A stretch of DNA of 64,000 nucleotides. Origin: Candidatus Kaiserbacteria bacterium. Lineage in GTDB: Bacteria; Patescibacteriota; Minisyncoccia; Phycocordibacterales; Phycocordibacteraceae. Below the pieces are notes generated by a model. That model worked only from the letters and a program-made list of their open reading frames with translations. It was not told the origin of the DNA and did not search any database. Within the stretch, counting starts at the first letter, position 1. Every line of letters starts with the position of its first letter. Positions 48,378 through 57,851 of this stretch are shown in pieces. A program made the position numbers and the translations under genes. The stretch lies in assembly GCA_027451665.1 (NCBI GenBank), contig DAIDIW010000002.1, forward strand, positions 212,254-276,253, written 5' to 3'.

Positions 48378-49283
48378 TTGAGGTACGAAATGTGGAGATT
48401 AATCGTCTGGTATGTGCCGATGGCTATAGCTATAACCGTCGGCCGTGTGCTCCAGGTCTGGGGCCTCGGCTACGGCCTCGCGTTCGCATGGCTTGGTTTC
48501 TGCATTTATGCAGGCTCTCTTGTGCTGAGGGAACAGGAATTCGCTGTCATCGAAAGGAATGGGGTATACCGAACGGTATACTTTCGCGGCTGGCATATCC
48601 GGGTTATTGGAGTCGATACCATCCGGAAATACGGCGATATGCGCGCGTCGGAATACGAACTCTATTCTGACGACCGCGCTACCGAAATCGACTTTACCGA
48701 CGGCGTTTCTGCACCCGTGGTAGTGAAGCTTTGGTGGCGCATCGGTAATCCCGGGCACGCTGCCGTGGGTAAGGAGGATTGGAAGGAGCTCACTGAAGCA
48801 GTACAACGGTGGACCTACCGATACCAGGACGCTCGTATCCGCGCCTTCTCACTCGTCGACGCCGAGCTTCGCCCGCGTTTACAGGCGAAGACATCGGATC
48901 AGGCATCGGTCGATCGTAACGGCATTGCTGACGAGACTGTTGCCGCAATCCGCGACAGCTTCGAAGAGATCGGCATCTATGAACCGACGGGCAAAAAACT
49001 GCTCGTTATCGAAGATATCGCCTTTTCAGAGGAGGTCATCCGGGCACGGCAGGAGGTATTGGTAGGCGACAAGCGTGCAAAGGAAATGGAAGCGGAGTCC
49101 AGTGGATACTGGAAGGCGATCAAAAGCATCTCTGAGCATCTCAATATCTCTACTGAAGAAGCACGTAAGATCTACGAAACGCAGCGCGGCCTCGACGCAT
49201 TGCGCGAGATTAAGCCGTCCATGAACTTGGTGGGTAAAGACGTAGGCAGCGTGCTGGCCACGCTAAACCTCGGATCAAAGTAG
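48378..49283 (+). CDS. SPFH domain / band-7 (stomatin-prohibitin-like) family protein
   Basis: N-terminal TM then REQEFAVIERNGVYRTVYFRGWHIRVIGVDTIRKY...VVVKLWWRI, an SPFH-type beta-alpha core. Confidence 0.65.
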   Translation: MRYEMWRLIVWYVPMAIAITVGRVLQVWGLGYGLAFAWLGFCIYAGSLVLREQEFAVIERNGVYRTVYFRGWHIRVIGVDTIRKYGDMRASEYELYSDDRATEIDFTDGVSAPVVVKLWWRIGNPGHAAVGKEDWKELTEAVQRWTYRYQDARIRAFSLVDAELRPRLQAKTSDQASVDRNGIADETVAAIRDSFEEIGIYEPTGKKLLVIEDIAFSEEVIRARQEVLVGDKRAKEMEAESSGYWKAIKSISEHLNISTEEARKIYETQRGLDALREIKPSMNLVGKDVGSVLATLNLGSK

Positions 49284-49292
49284 GAGGATGAA

Positions 49293-49985
49293 ATGACGTT
49301 TAACATCATTTACCTGGCGATCGGGCTTCTGTTCTTAATGCTAGGCACTGTTGCTGCGCTCACGGAGTTCTCCGGGAAAACTATCGGCGGCTTCGTACGT
49401 GGCAAGATACCCTGGCGGACCGTAGGCGAGACATTACTGGTGCTTAGCACATTCGGCGAAGGCCTTTCCGGTTTCTTTCTGTTTGGCGGAGAAATTCCAC
49501 ACTGGAAAAATCCGAGCTTTGCCGAAGTGAGCAGCTGGGCATGGGGAACGAAGCCTGAATGGCTGCCACTCTTCATGTTCCTTGGCCCCGGAGTAATAGG
49601 CACCTTGATGCTTTTGCAGAAGTTTATACCTTCGTGGAAGGACTCCTGTAAGAATCTCATGTTCGTCGCTGCAGGAGTCTACGCGGGCCTCGTGTTCATC
49701 ATCCCGGCAATCTCCTGGATGATAGGAACGAGGACACCTACAGTGCCTTCCGGATTCTATGTGAATGCAGGAGCGGCTTCACCGCGTATTCCGACCAAAC
49801 CGGGATATGCGGTACAGTTTTCCGGCGCTCGCATTGAGACACACTGTCTCTACCGAGATAGCCGCCCGGAAGGCATCGTGGGGAATCCCCTTACACCCTG
49901 CTCAAATGGACCTATGTTCGCTGTCTTTGCTCGAAACATTGGCGCTGATCGCGAATATATTACCTGGCGGTACGTCCTCCGATGA
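49293..49985 (+). CDS. hypothetical multi-TM membrane protein (possible NfeD-like partner of the SPFH protein)
   Basis: Strong RBS AGGAGG. 4-5 TM helices then a soluble C-terminal ~90 aa. The NfeD call is from position and architecture only. Confidence 0.45.
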   Translation: MTFNIIYLAIGLLFLMLGTVAALTEFSGKTIGGFVRGKIPWRTVGETLLVLSTFGEGLSGFFLFGGEIPHWKNPSFAEVSSWAWGTKPEWLPLFMFLGPGVIGTLMLLQKFIPSWKDSCKNLMFVAAGVYAGLVFIIPAISWMIGTRTPTVPSGFYVNAGAASPRIPTKPGYAVQFSGARIETHCLYRDSRPEGIVGNPLTPCSNGPMFAVFARNIGADREYITWRYVLR

Positions 49986-50010
49986 ATGGAGGCCGGCCTC
50001 CGTACTTCAA

Positions 50011-50045
50011 AGCCGCACGACTGTTGTCGTGCGGCTTATTCTTTA
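50011..50045. terminator. hairpin terminator between convergent genes
   Basis: agccgcacgac-tgtt-gtcgtgcggct followed by TATTCTTTA. Confidence 0.5.
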
Positions 50046-50336
50046 CGAGCCCGCCTGTACCGTATGCGTCGGGAGCTGAGACTGAATAGTACCGAGATTG
50101 AAGGTGCCGAGCGCGAGATTCAGGATTCCATATGCACCGAATATGATCACAAAACCGACAAGACCCCAGAGTATCGCCCTCCTCCCCTCTTCGCGCTTAT
50201 GCTCATCTGCGGCGTTCGCAATGAATTCAAATAAACCCCAGATGAATACCACGAAGGCGCCTGCGGTGAGGAGCAGGATGATTGGATTCACGATCTGGAC
50301 GACGACCCTCGTGAGAAAAGCATTCAATACGGACAT
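50043..50336 (-). CDS. TrbC/VirB2-like small pilin-type membrane protein
   Basis: 97 aa with two long hydrophobic helices separated by a charged loop (...FVVFIWGLFEFIANAADEHKREEGRRAILWGLVGFVIIFGAYGILN...). Confidence 0.65.
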   Translation of the reverse strand: MSVLNAFLTRVVVQIVNPIILLLTAGAFVVFIWGLFEFIANAADEHKREEGRRAILWGLVGFVIIFGAYGILNLALGTFNLGTIQSQLPTHTVQAGS

Positions 50337-50384
50337 GGTGCCCTAAGCATACGGCGCCGATGTCCGCGAAACAATACGCGAATA

Positions 50385-50414
50385 GGGAAAACCCGCGGTC
50401 TCCCGCGGGTTTCC
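50385..50414 (-). terminator. intrinsic terminator after the pilin gene at 50441-50809
   Basis: aaacccgcgg-tctc-ccgcgggttt, T-tract on the minus strand. Confidence 0.45.
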
Positions 50415-50440
50415 TGCCGTGACGCTATATCCGAAATCGT

Positions 50441-50809
50441 TTACCCGCCGACCTGCACACCAGCCTGCGGCGTGCCGCCGTTAATGTTCGAGTTATTCCC
50501 GAAGGTAATCGTACCCGTGAGAATGTTCACCAATCCCCAGACCGAAACCATGACGAAGAATCCAATGAGTCCCCAGAGCATCAGGTTCCTGCCGTGCTCC
50601 TTCGGGGCTTCGCTCGTCGCCCCAAGTATGAACGTCTGGAAGGCACCCCAAAGGAACACGATGAATGCGAGAGCGAACAAGACCGGGACGATGATGTTGT
50701 TAATCGTATTGATGATGAATGATCCGACATCTGAGATATTGTTCAGAGCGGCACTCGACACGAGCGGGAGCGCAAAGGCGAGAGCTGATATAGCGAAGGC
50801 TTTTTTCAT
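50441..50809 (-). CDS. TrbC/VirB2-like pilin-type protein with signal peptide
   Basis: Start MKKAFAISALAFALPLVSSAA (ATG 50809), then ...IIVPVLFALAFIVFLWGAFQTF...HGRNLMLWGLIGFFVMVSVWGLVNIL. The track ORF's 5' extension is unlikely. Confidence 0.65.
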   Translation of the reverse strand: MKKAFAISALAFALPLVSSAALNNISDVGSFIINTINNIIVPVLFALAFIVFLWGAFQTFILGATSEAPKEHGRNLMLWGLIGFFVMVSVWGLVNILTGTITFGNNSNINGGTPQAGVQVGG

Positions 50810-50891
50810 AGATGAAATGAGAGGGTAACGATGTAATTGTAGCCTGCGGTATCCTCCGTACAACGGGTCCTCAGGGGCTCTGTGGATAGCC

Positions 50892-51377
50892 TTAGAGCTG
50901 CGGTGGCGTAAGGCCAGCACCTGAGGCGCTCGTGCCCACCGCACCCCCGAGGCCGAGTATCTGGATTACGACCCAAATGATGCCCCAGACGGAGAAAATG
51001 ATCACAAAGCCGGCGATGCCCCACTTGATGATTTCATGGCCCTTCTCGCGATCAGATTCGCTTGCGCCATGTATGATGTAGGCCTTCGCGACACCCCAGA
51101 GGAACACGAGGAACGCGATCGCCACCAGGACCGGCATTGCAATGCTGTTTATGACCAAGAGGATACCGCCTTTATAGAGATTGAGCTCCGTGGTATTTAT
51201 ACCGCTCGGCGCACTGCCGCTTACGTAACTCCCTGTGTTCTGATTCGGCGTGACCGTCTGCAACTGTATGGCACTGTTGTTACCCACCGTAGCTGCAGAC
51301 TGTTGCGCGTGCGCAAGCGGTACGGAAAGCAAAAGCATCAGGACAAGAGCCGGAGCAAGTAGGAAGGTCTTCTTCAT
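50892..51377 (-). CDS. TrbC/VirB2-like pilin-type protein with signal peptide
   Basis: MKKTFLLAPALVLMLLLSVPLAHA ... AMPVLVAIAFLVFLWGVAKAYI...KGHEIIKWGIAGFVIIFSVWGIIWVV. Confidence 0.65.
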   Translation of the reverse strand: MKKTFLLAPALVLMLLLSVPLAHAQQSAATVGNNSAIQLQTVTPNQNTGSYVSGSAPSGINTTELNLYKGGILLVINSIAMPVLVAIAFLVFLWGVAKAYIIHGASESDREKGHEIIKWGIAGFVIIFSVWGIIWVVIQILGLGGAVGTSASGAGLTPPQL

Positions 51378-51380
51378 GGC

Positions 51381-51830
51381 TCAATAGCCGACCGTGCCGG
51401 CAGAATACGAGGTCGGTGTCGGAGGCGCAGAATACCCGGCGAGCCCGAACGTGTTTGCGACGATATTCACGAGGCCCCATATCGAGACCATGACCGCAAA
51501 ACCGACGAGACCCCAGAGGATGAGCCTATGTCCGTGCTCAACAGCCGTTTCGTCGCCGCGCGAGATGATGTATGTACTCGCAACTCCCCAAAGAAACACA
51601 ATGAAAGAGATTGCGAAAACGAGCGGCACGAGCACCGCGTTAATCAGATACAGAATGGTTTGGGCGATATAACAAATCGTCGCGCCGCAGGCCGCAATGC
51701 CTGCGTTACCGCTCCCGAATGAAAAGAACCAGCTGCCATTCGAGCTCGCACCAACCGCGAATGCGGCAAACGCCGCGAACGGGGCGAGTAATGATGCCGC
51801 GAGCAGGCTTGTCCGAATGAGATTCTTCAT
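51381..51830 (-). CDS. TrbC/VirB2-like pilin-type protein with signal peptide (start at internal Met MKNLIRTSLL)
   Basis: ...VLVPLVFAISFIVFLWGVASTYII...HGHRLILWGLVGFAVMVSIWGLVNIV. Coordinates here are +/-1 because of a local mismatch between the printed sequence and the ORF track. Confidence 0.6.
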   Translation of the reverse strand: MKNLIRTSLLAASLLAPFAAFAAFAVGASSNGSWFFSFGSGNAGIAACGATICYIAQTILYLINAVLVPLVFAISFIVFLWGVASTYIISRGDETAVEHGHRLILWGLVGFAVMVSIWGLVNIVANTFGLAGYSAPPTPTSYSAGTVGY

Positions 51831-51856
51831 ACGCTGTAAGTATCGCATCTCCAGGA

Positions 51857-52150
51857 TTATCCGCCGAAGCCGAGTGTTGATAGCAGCAGATTCACGAGGC
51901 CCCATATGCTGAGAAGCACGACGATGCCAAGGAGTCCCCAGAGCGCAAACTCCCGACCCTTCTCGATCTTGCCCTCGTCGCCCTGGGAGAGCAGAAAGTA
52001 CTGGACAATTCCCCAGACGAATACCGCGAGCGCGAGCGCGAAGATTATCGGGACGATAATCGTATTGATGACACCGATAATGCCCGTCGAACCGCTGCCA
52101 ATGAATTGCTTCAAAGTGACGCCTCCCGAAGGATTGATGAAGTTCGGCAT
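51857..52150 (-). CDS. TrbC/VirB2-like pilin-type protein
   Basis: ...IIVPIIFALALAVFVWGIVQYFLL...KGREFALWGLLGIVVLLSIWGLVNLL. Confidence 0.65.
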   Translation of the reverse strand: MPNFINPSGGVTLKQFIGSGSTGIIGVINTIIVPIIFALALAVFVWGIVQYFLLSQGDEGKIEKGREFALWGLLGIVVLLSIWGLVNLLLSTLGFGG

Positions 52151-52151
52151 A

Positions 52152-52589
52152 CTAGCCTCCGACTGAGAGCGCCTGCACGGTCGCGGCTATGCCCTGTGCA
52201 ATCGCTTCCGCGCCGAGAAGAATAAGCGCACCCACGATGGTCCACATGAGCGCTTCCTTTGCCTGCGAGATTTTCCCGGGTTCGCCTTGCGCCGTCACAA
52301 AGAGGAAGCCGATATAGATGAGCATAAAGACGACCACCACGGCGCCAATCTTTACGAAGAACTGCAGGATATCGGTGAGAAGGACCGGGAGGCTCGTGCC
52401 GGCTCCGAGAGGGTTCAGGAGAGTGACATCCGAACCGTTATTCGCCTGACTCCCCGTGGTGTCCACCCCGGTAGTCTGTGTCTGGCTCGTGTCTGCGCCC
52501 GTGGTCTGGGTTGCCGCCTGTGTTCCCAGCGGACTACACACGACAGCGAGCGCAAAGATGAGTACACAAATGAAAATACGAGGGTTCAT
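52152..52589 (-). CDS. TrbC/VirB2-like pilin-type protein with signal peptide and a Thr/Gln-rich spacer
   Basis: MNPRIFICVLIFALAVVCSPLGTQA ... FFVKIGAVVVVFMLIYIGFLFV...AKEALMWTIVGALILLGAEAIAQ. Confidence 0.65.
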   Translation of the reverse strand: MNPRIFICVLIFALAVVCSPLGTQAATQTTGADTSQTQTTGVDTTGSQANNGSDVTLLNPLGAGTSLPVLLTDILQFFVKIGAVVVVFMLIYIGFLFVTAQGEPGKISQAKEALMWTIVGALILLGAEAIAQGIAATVQALSVGG

Positions 52590-53896
52590 TGCAGTAACGA
52601 ATCAAGCGAACGTTCGGCAAGCGAGAGGGCTGTCGCGAGCGTCGTATTTCCCGTTATCACGTTGTTAATCATAGTCGAGAACACTTGATCGGTGTCGGAA
52701 GGCGCTGGGGACAGCCACGCGTGACTATAGAGCGCGGAAGCGTAGGCGACCGCAGCTGTCGCATCATCCGAGGGGGGCGTCGCAAGCGCAGAGCGCGTCG
52801 CCGGTGCAAGACCGGTAGCGGCGGCGCTCGACTGCTGCTCGGTCAGGTTCGTCATGAGCGCGGCCGCCTGATACGCACCCGTGCTGTTTGCGGCCCCCTT
52901 CGGGAGCATAAAAGCGTAAATACGGCCGTACGTGACCTTCGTGGTCGCGGTCGAGGGCTGCGGCAACGGACTCACTGAGAAATCCAGGTTCGGGTTGGCC
53001 TGCACGAAATAGCGCGCCTCGGAGGCATACCCGAGATAGAGCGCGAGATTACCGGCCAGGAAAACCGACTGGGAATCATCGAGCGAACCGTTCCAGGTAT
53101 ACGAGACCTTCGCAGGGTCTGCGAACTGGGTGTAGAAGCGCAGTACCGCTTGACCAGGCGGCACGCCCCCGTTCGCACTGCCGCCCAAGTCAGCGCTGAT
53201 AAGCCCGCTCGGCCCCCGCGCAGAGATGGGTACGCCCGTCTGCAGGAAGAGCGCCGAGAGTATGCCGAGCGCGTCGTGAACGTTCGAGTAGGTACCGAGA
53301 GCGATAAGTCCGCGCGTAATCTGCTGCGACGGAGTAAGCTGCGCCACCTGCGGCACGAGTCCCGTGAGGCCGTCCCAATTCGAAGGCGGCTTCGCGATTC
53401 CGTCCGAAGAGAGAATTGCGTTATTGCTGAAGAGGACGAGCGGATCTACAAGGAACGGGATGCCGTAGTAGCCACCGTCGGGCGCAGTGAAGACGGACGC
53501 ACCGTCGATGAATGTGCTCTTGAACGTATGCGCCGAGAGCTGCGATGACGGGATCTCTTCAAGGAATGGCGCGAGCGTCGCCAGTTCCTGCTGCGAGGCA
53601 AGCACGAGGTCAGGCGCATTTCCGGTCGCGATGGCGCTCGTGAGATCGTTCTTCAGATTCGCCGGATCCTTCTGAACATAGGTCACGCCCTTGAGGCTCT
53701 GGTCGCTCTTCGTGGCTTGCGTGAGTGCTGCGGCCATATCGCTTTTCGACAAGGTGCCCCATATGAGGACCGTCCCTACCTGACTACCACCGCCTCCACC
53801 GCCTCCCGTATAGGAAGCGAACACGAACAGGCCGATTGCCGCACAGAGCGCGAAGACGCCGAGCAGGATGCCTTGGAAGAGCGAGATGTTTTTCAT
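52586..53896 (-). CDS. extracellular solute-binding-protein-like (SBP family 1-like) secreted protein with a poly-Gly linker
   Basis: TM/signal, GGGGGGGS, then LIWGTLSK...GVTYVQKDPANLKNDL...APDLVL and a size of ~400 aa, consistent with the periplasmic binding fold. It overlaps the first pilin gene by 4 nt. Confidence 0.55.
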   Translation of the reverse strand: MKNISLFQGILLGVFALCAAIGLFVFASYTGGGGGGGSQVGTVLIWGTLSKSDMAAALTQATKSDQSLKGVTYVQKDPANLKNDLTSAIATGNAPDLVLASQQELATLAPFLEEIPSSQLSAHTFKSTFIDGASVFTAPDGGYYGIPFLVDPLVLFSNNAILSSDGIAKPPSNWDGLTGLVPQVAQLTPSQQITRGLIALGTYSNVHDALGILSALFLQTGVPISARGPSGLISADLGGSANGGVPPGQAVLRFYTQFADPAKVSYTWNGSLDDSQSVFLAGNLALYLGYASEARYFVQANPNLDFSVSPLPQPSTATTKVTYGRIYAFMLPKGAANSTGAYQAAALMTNLTEQQSSAAATGLAPATRSALATPPSDDATAAVAYASALYSHAWLSPAPSDTDQVFSTMINNVITGNTTLATALSLAERSLDSLLQ

Positions 53897-53898
53897 GA

Positions 53899-54552
53899 TT
53901 ATTGAGGTGCGGTGAATACGATGCCGTAATGATGCGGGCCGGCGCGGAAATCCTTCTGCTTATAGAAACCGCCGCCAATGAAGAGCTCTTCGGCTTCGTA
54001 CTCCGGAATCACCCGTTCAGGCACGGGGCCCATGCCGCCGTAGCTCCCCGCCCAGTCGACGACGAGAAGCTTGCTGCCCGGCTTCAGTACGCGCCGGAGC
54101 TCGCGCAAGAGCCCTGCGCGGTCGTCCACCTGAAATAGCGTGTTTGCAAGCACCGCCGCGTCGAGCGACCGGTCGCGCAGATGGGTGCCGCCGAGTTTCT
54201 CGACATCGCCCCAGATCGTCTCGATTGTGCGCGTGAGCCGGTCATGCGTATTCAGTTTCAGGTGTTTGAGGACGTCTTCCTGGACGTCGATCGCGTATAC
54301 TTTCCCCTGCTTCCCGACCACGTGGGCAAGCGCGCGGGCATAGTGGCCAGAGCCGGCGCCGAATTCGCCGACTTTCATGCCTTCGCTAAGGGCCATCTGC
54401 ATGACATTCTCCATCGGAGAACTGAACGCCGCACTCATGGCTCTAAAAATAGCATGGCCGCCGCTATGCGGCGTCCGTATAGGTGTGTACATGGACGGCG
54501 CATGCTCCTTGGTGTACTCTCCCCGCGGATACCGTTCAGAAAGGAACCTCAT
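53899..54552 (-). CDS. class I SAM-dependent methyltransferase; start uncertain
   Basis: GMKVGEFGAGSGHYARALAHVVGKQGKVYAIDVQ (motif I), ...LLVVDW. Its stop is 3 nt from the SBP-like gene start. Confidence 0.65.
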   Translation of the reverse strand: MRFLSERYPRGEYTKEHAPSMYTPIRTPHSGGHAIFRAMSAAFSSPMENVMQMALSEGMKVGEFGAGSGHYARALAHVVGKQGKVYAIDVQEDVLKHLKLNTHDRLTRTIETIWGDVEKLGGTHLRDRSLDAAVLANTLFQVDDRAGLLRELRRVLKPGSKLLVVDWAGSYGGMGPVPERVIPEYEAEELFIGGGFYKQKDFRAGPHHYGIVFTAPQ

Positions 54553-54994
54553 GTCTCAAGATCCCGTGCGCAAAGCGCTTACGGAACTGTATCGCGCTTC
54601 ATGGAAACACGCGCAAATCTGCATCTCTCGTCGCCACTCCCTGAAGGCGCTCAAGAAAGACTCGCTCTACACTCATGCCGTTCGAGAATGCCGTTCCGTG
54701 AGCGACGCCATCGTCGCCTACCGGAAGGGCACGATTCCGACGGTGCAACACCTCCTAATCCGGAAGCAACGCTTCTTCATGCAGGAAATCCGCGTGCTCA
54801 CAAACGCGCTAGAGGAGCATGCGAGAAGAAGCCTGAGAGGTAGCTCCGTTGACCGCGATGAATACCTTGAAGCAAGGTTACAGTCTAAACTTCTGCATGA
54901 CGAACTTTGTGAAGCGCAGGCGATGATGCAGATGGTCGGGGAGGCCATGCTCGTGCTCAAGCAGCTACAAGATGCCAAACGCGCTCGCAGCTGA
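54551..54994 (+). CDS. hypothetical protein
   Basis: Start MSQDPVRKAL, just outside the divergent MTase gene. 147 aa helical. A terminator follows. Confidence 0.4.
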   Translation: MSQDPVRKALTELYRASWKHAQICISRRHSLKALKKDSLYTHAVRECRSVSDAIVAYRKGTIPTVQHLLIRKQRFFMQEIRVLTNALEEHARRSLRGSSVDRDEYLEARLQSKLLHDELCEAQAMMQMVGEAMLVLKQLQDAKRARS

Positions 54995-55034
54995 GCCCGC
55001 TACGTCGATTCCCCAACATACGTATATATAAAAG

Positions 55035-55069
55035 AACGGGCCGTCCTATGGACGGCCCGTTTTCGATTT
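55035..55069 (+). terminator. rho-independent terminator
   Basis: aacgggccgtcc-tat-ggacggcccgtt followed by TTCGATTTC. Confidence 0.55.
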
Positions 55070-55070
55070 C

Positions 55071-55232
55071 TCAATGACAGATCAGTCGCGTCGCTTCAAG
55101 CGCTACGCCCGCGAGCTCCTCGGCCGTCGTACCGAGCTCCGTCGTAGTATTTGTACGCTCCGCGAGCTCCGCCTCGGAGATATCCCTTCCATAAAACGCG
55201 AACACCATCTTCAGGGATACCGGCCCGCACAT
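55071..55232 (-). pseudogene. truncated peptidase C39-like domain (N-terminal 53 codons only)
   Basis: Manual translation MCGPVSLKMVFAFYGRDISEAELAERTNTTTELGTTAEELAGVALEATRLICH* matches the start of C39/bacteriocin-processing peptidase domains (CG.a.L.M....yG.di....L.e......G.t...l...A...GL). A stop falls before the catalytic His region. Confidence 0.3.
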
Positions 55233-55354
55233 GCCCGCGCGTTCAACGTCTCCTGAAATGGCTTTACATCGAGGATCATGGTTCCAAGGTATTGGCCAGG
55301 TGAGTGAGCACCAGAGCGAGTAATGGAGCAGATCGTACCCTTGGAGCGCTAGCC

Positions 55355-57835
55355 CTAGAGTGCCACCATGGAGGCGATCGAATCGCCTTCGCGCATCTTC
55401 ATGATACGCACGCCCTGCGTCGCGCGACCGGCAGAGCGGATCTCGCCGATCGACGTGCGAATGACCTGTCCTTTCCTCGAGACCACCACGAGTTCGTCAT
55501 CCTTGAAATCGCCTGTGAGCACGCGCGCGCCGATGACTTCGCCGGTCTTCGGCGTCACCTCGGCGGTCTTGATGCCTGAGCCGCCGCGGCCCTGTACCTT
55601 GTATTCAGAAAGCGCCGTGTGCTTGCCGTAGCCCTTGCTCATCACGACGAGGAGCGCGGCACTTTTCGCTTTCTCGGCCGGAATGACTTCGGCGGAGACG
55701 ACCTTGTCACCCTTCTTCACCGTCATACCCTTCACGCCGCCGGCAGTGCGGCCCATCTCGCGAACGTCCTCGACGTCGAAGCGGATGGACTGCCCCTTTG
55801 CAGAAACGAGCGAGACGGTATCTTCCGGGGCCGCAGTGGCGGCGGCGATAAGCGTGTCTCCCGCTTTCAGATTGATTGCGATAATGCCGGACTTGCGGAC
55901 ATCCGAGAACGACTTCGCCGCAACGCGCTTCACGACGCCTTCCTGGGTTACGAGCACGACCGAAGACGCATCGAGCGCCGCACCCTTTGGAACTTCGAGG
56001 ATCCCAGTCACCCACTCGTCCCCTGCAAGCGGCAGGAAGTTCATGATGGACTTGCCCTTGGTCGCACGCTTCCCTTCCGGAATCTCGTACATCTTGAGCT
56101 GATACACCTTGCCCGCGGTCGTAAAGAAGAGGAGATTCGAGTGCGTATTCGCAACGAGGAAGTGGCGCACGACATCCTCTTCCTTGGTCGCGATATCGAC
56201 GACGCCCACGCCGCCGCGCTTCTGGCGGCGATACTCGGAAGGATTCGTGCGCTTCACGTAGCCGCCCTGCGTGAGCACCAGCATGCTTTCCTCGTCGGGC
56301 ACGAGGTCTTCTACGGAAATGTTCTTCACGCCGCCCTTCAGTATCTTCGTGCGCCGGTCATCGCCGTACTTGTCGGCGAGCTCGCGCAATTCGTCCTTCA
56401 CAACCGCGCGGATGTTGTCGCGCGAGGAGAGGATCTTTTTCAAGCTCTTGATGAGCTCCTGAATACTCGCAAGTTCGTCGTCGATCTTCTTGCGCTCGAG
56501 GCCGGCGAGGGTCTGCAGGCGCATCGCGAGGATGGCTGCCGTCTGCCGCTCTGAGAACTTGAACTTCTTCTGGAGCTCGAGGTCCGCGGTCGGCACGTCC
56601 TTCGCAGCCTTAATGATCCTGATGACCTCGTCGATATGATCGAGCGCCTTCGAAAGACCGAGCAAGATGTGCTCGCGCTCCTCCGCCTTGCGCAGATCGT
56701 ATTCGGTGCGCCGCTTCACCACCTCCTCTCGATGGTCGGCAAAGTGTCCGAGCATCGACGGGAGCGAGAGCATCTCCGGAACACCGTCGACGAGCGCGAG
56801 CATGTTGTAGTGGAAGGTGCTCTCAAGTTCTGTGTGCTTGTAGAGCGCATTCAGCACCGCCTGCGGATGCGCAGTGCCCTTCAACTCGATGACGATGCGA
56901 ATGTCGTCCGTGGACTCATCGCGTATATCGCGGATGCCCTCGAGCTTCTTGTCGTTCACGAGGCTCGCGATGCGCGCGATGAGGTCAGACTTCACCACGC
57001 GATACGGGATCGACGTGATGACGATCTGCATGTCCTTCTTGCTGTCGTCGATGATCTCGGCCTCGCCGCGGCAAACGACCGGCCCCTTGCCGGTGGAGTA
57101 GGCGTGCCGCATGTCGGCCTGATTGAAAGCCATGCCGCCCATCGGGAAATCCGGACCTTTCACGAACTCGAGGAGTTCGTCCGTGGTCGCGTCCGGATGG
57201 TCGATGAGATGGATCGCGGCATCCACCACCTCGCGGAGATTGTGCGGAGGGATGTTCGTCGCCATACCGACCGCGATGCCGAGCGTGCCATTCAAAAGCA
57301 GATTCGGGAGAGCGGACGGGAGCACGTGCGGCTCCTTCCGTGTCGCGTCATAGTTCGGGTCCCACTCGACCGTGTCCTTGTCGAGGTCCTGAAGGAGCGC
57401 TTCGCCCACGCGGCTCATCTTCGCTTCGGTGTAGCGCATAGCGGCCGGGCTATCCCCGTCGATTGAACCGAAATTGCCCTGGCCGATGACGAGCGGATAG
57501 CGCGTCGAGAAATCCTGCGCGAGCTTAGCCATCGCATCATACACCGCCACGTCGCCGTGCGGGTGGTACTTACCAAGCACGTCGCCCACGACCGTCGCCG
57601 ACTTGCGGAACTTCGCGGAGGCAGTGAGCCCGATGTCCTTCATCGCAAAAAGGATGCGGCGATGCACGGGCTTCAGTCCGTCGCGCACGTCCGGAAGCGC
57701 ACGACTCGTGATGACCGACATCGCGTAGTCCACATAAGACTGCCGCATCTCTGCAACGATCGGCTGATCTATGACGTTCGCCGCGGTCGGTGCCGCCGAT
57801 ACGTCCTGCGTCTTGTCTTTATCGCCTTTAGCCAT
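55355..57835 (-). CDS. gyrA: DNA gyrase subunit A
   Basis: Active-site region [24 protein letters not shown] and C-terminal beta-pinwheel repeats. 826 aa. Confidence 0.9.
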   Translation of the reverse strand: MAKGDKDKTQDVSAAPTAANVIDQPIVAEMRQSYVDYAMSVITSRALPDVRDGLKPVHRRILFAMKDIGLTASAKFRKSATVVGDVLGKYHPHGDVAVYDAMAKLAQDFSTRYPLVIGQGNFGSIDGDSPAAMRYTEAKMSRVGEALLQDLDKDTVEWDPNYDATRKEPHVLPSALPNLLLNGTLGIAVGMATNIPPHNLREVVDAAIHLIDHPDATTDELLEFVKGPDFPMGGMAFNQADMRHAYSTGKGPVVCRGEAEIIDDSKKDMQIVITSIPYRVVKSDLIARIASLVNDKKLEGIRDIRDESTDDIRIVIELKGTAHPQAVLNALYKHTELESTFHYNMLALVDGVPEMLSLPSMLGHFADHREEVVKRRTEYDLRKAEEREHILLGLSKALDHIDEVIRIIKAAKDVPTADLELQKKFKFSERQTAAILAMRLQTLAGLERKKIDDELASIQELIKSLKKILSSRDNIRAVVKDELRELADKYGDDRRTKILKGGVKNISVEDLVPDEESMLVLTQGGYVKRTNPSEYRRQKRGGVGVVDIATKEEDVVRHFLVANTHSNLLFFTTAGKVYQLKMYEIPEGKRATKGKSIMNFLPLAGDEWVTGILEVPKGAALDASSVVLVTQEGVVKRVAAKSFSDVRKSGIIAINLKAGDTLIAAATAAPEDTVSLVSAKGQSIRFDVEDVREMGRTAGGVKGMTVKKGDKVVSAEVIPAEKAKSAALLVVMSKGYGKHTALSEYKVQGRGGSGIKTAEVTPKTGEVIGARVLTGDFKDDELVVVSRKGQVIRTSIGEIRSAGRATQGVRIMKMREGDSIASMVAL

Positions 57836-57851
57836 ACCTACGAAAACGAGA

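Noticed and set aside
48166-48670. + strand ORFs 48166-48381 and 48257-48670
   Set aside because: They overlap tRNA-Leu(TAG) and the SPFH gene 5' region. There is no RBS and the composition is poor.
51780-51961. Apparent 1-nt extra G at the 51780/51781 line junction and a 1-nt missing T at 51960/51961, relative to what the ORF-track translations require
   Set aside because: The net length is unchanged and both sit exactly at line breaks. It is most likely a formatting or reading artefact, not a real frameshift. Coordinates in 51.78-51.96 kb are treated as +/-1.
55074-55256. 60-aa + strand ORF downstream of the terminator
   Set aside because: It is antisense to the C39-like fragment, Arg-rich, and has no RBS.
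55619-57466. Two + strand ORFs (311 aa, 276 aa) and 59486-60682 (-) 398 aa
   Set aside because: They are antisense to gyrA and rpsA respectively.
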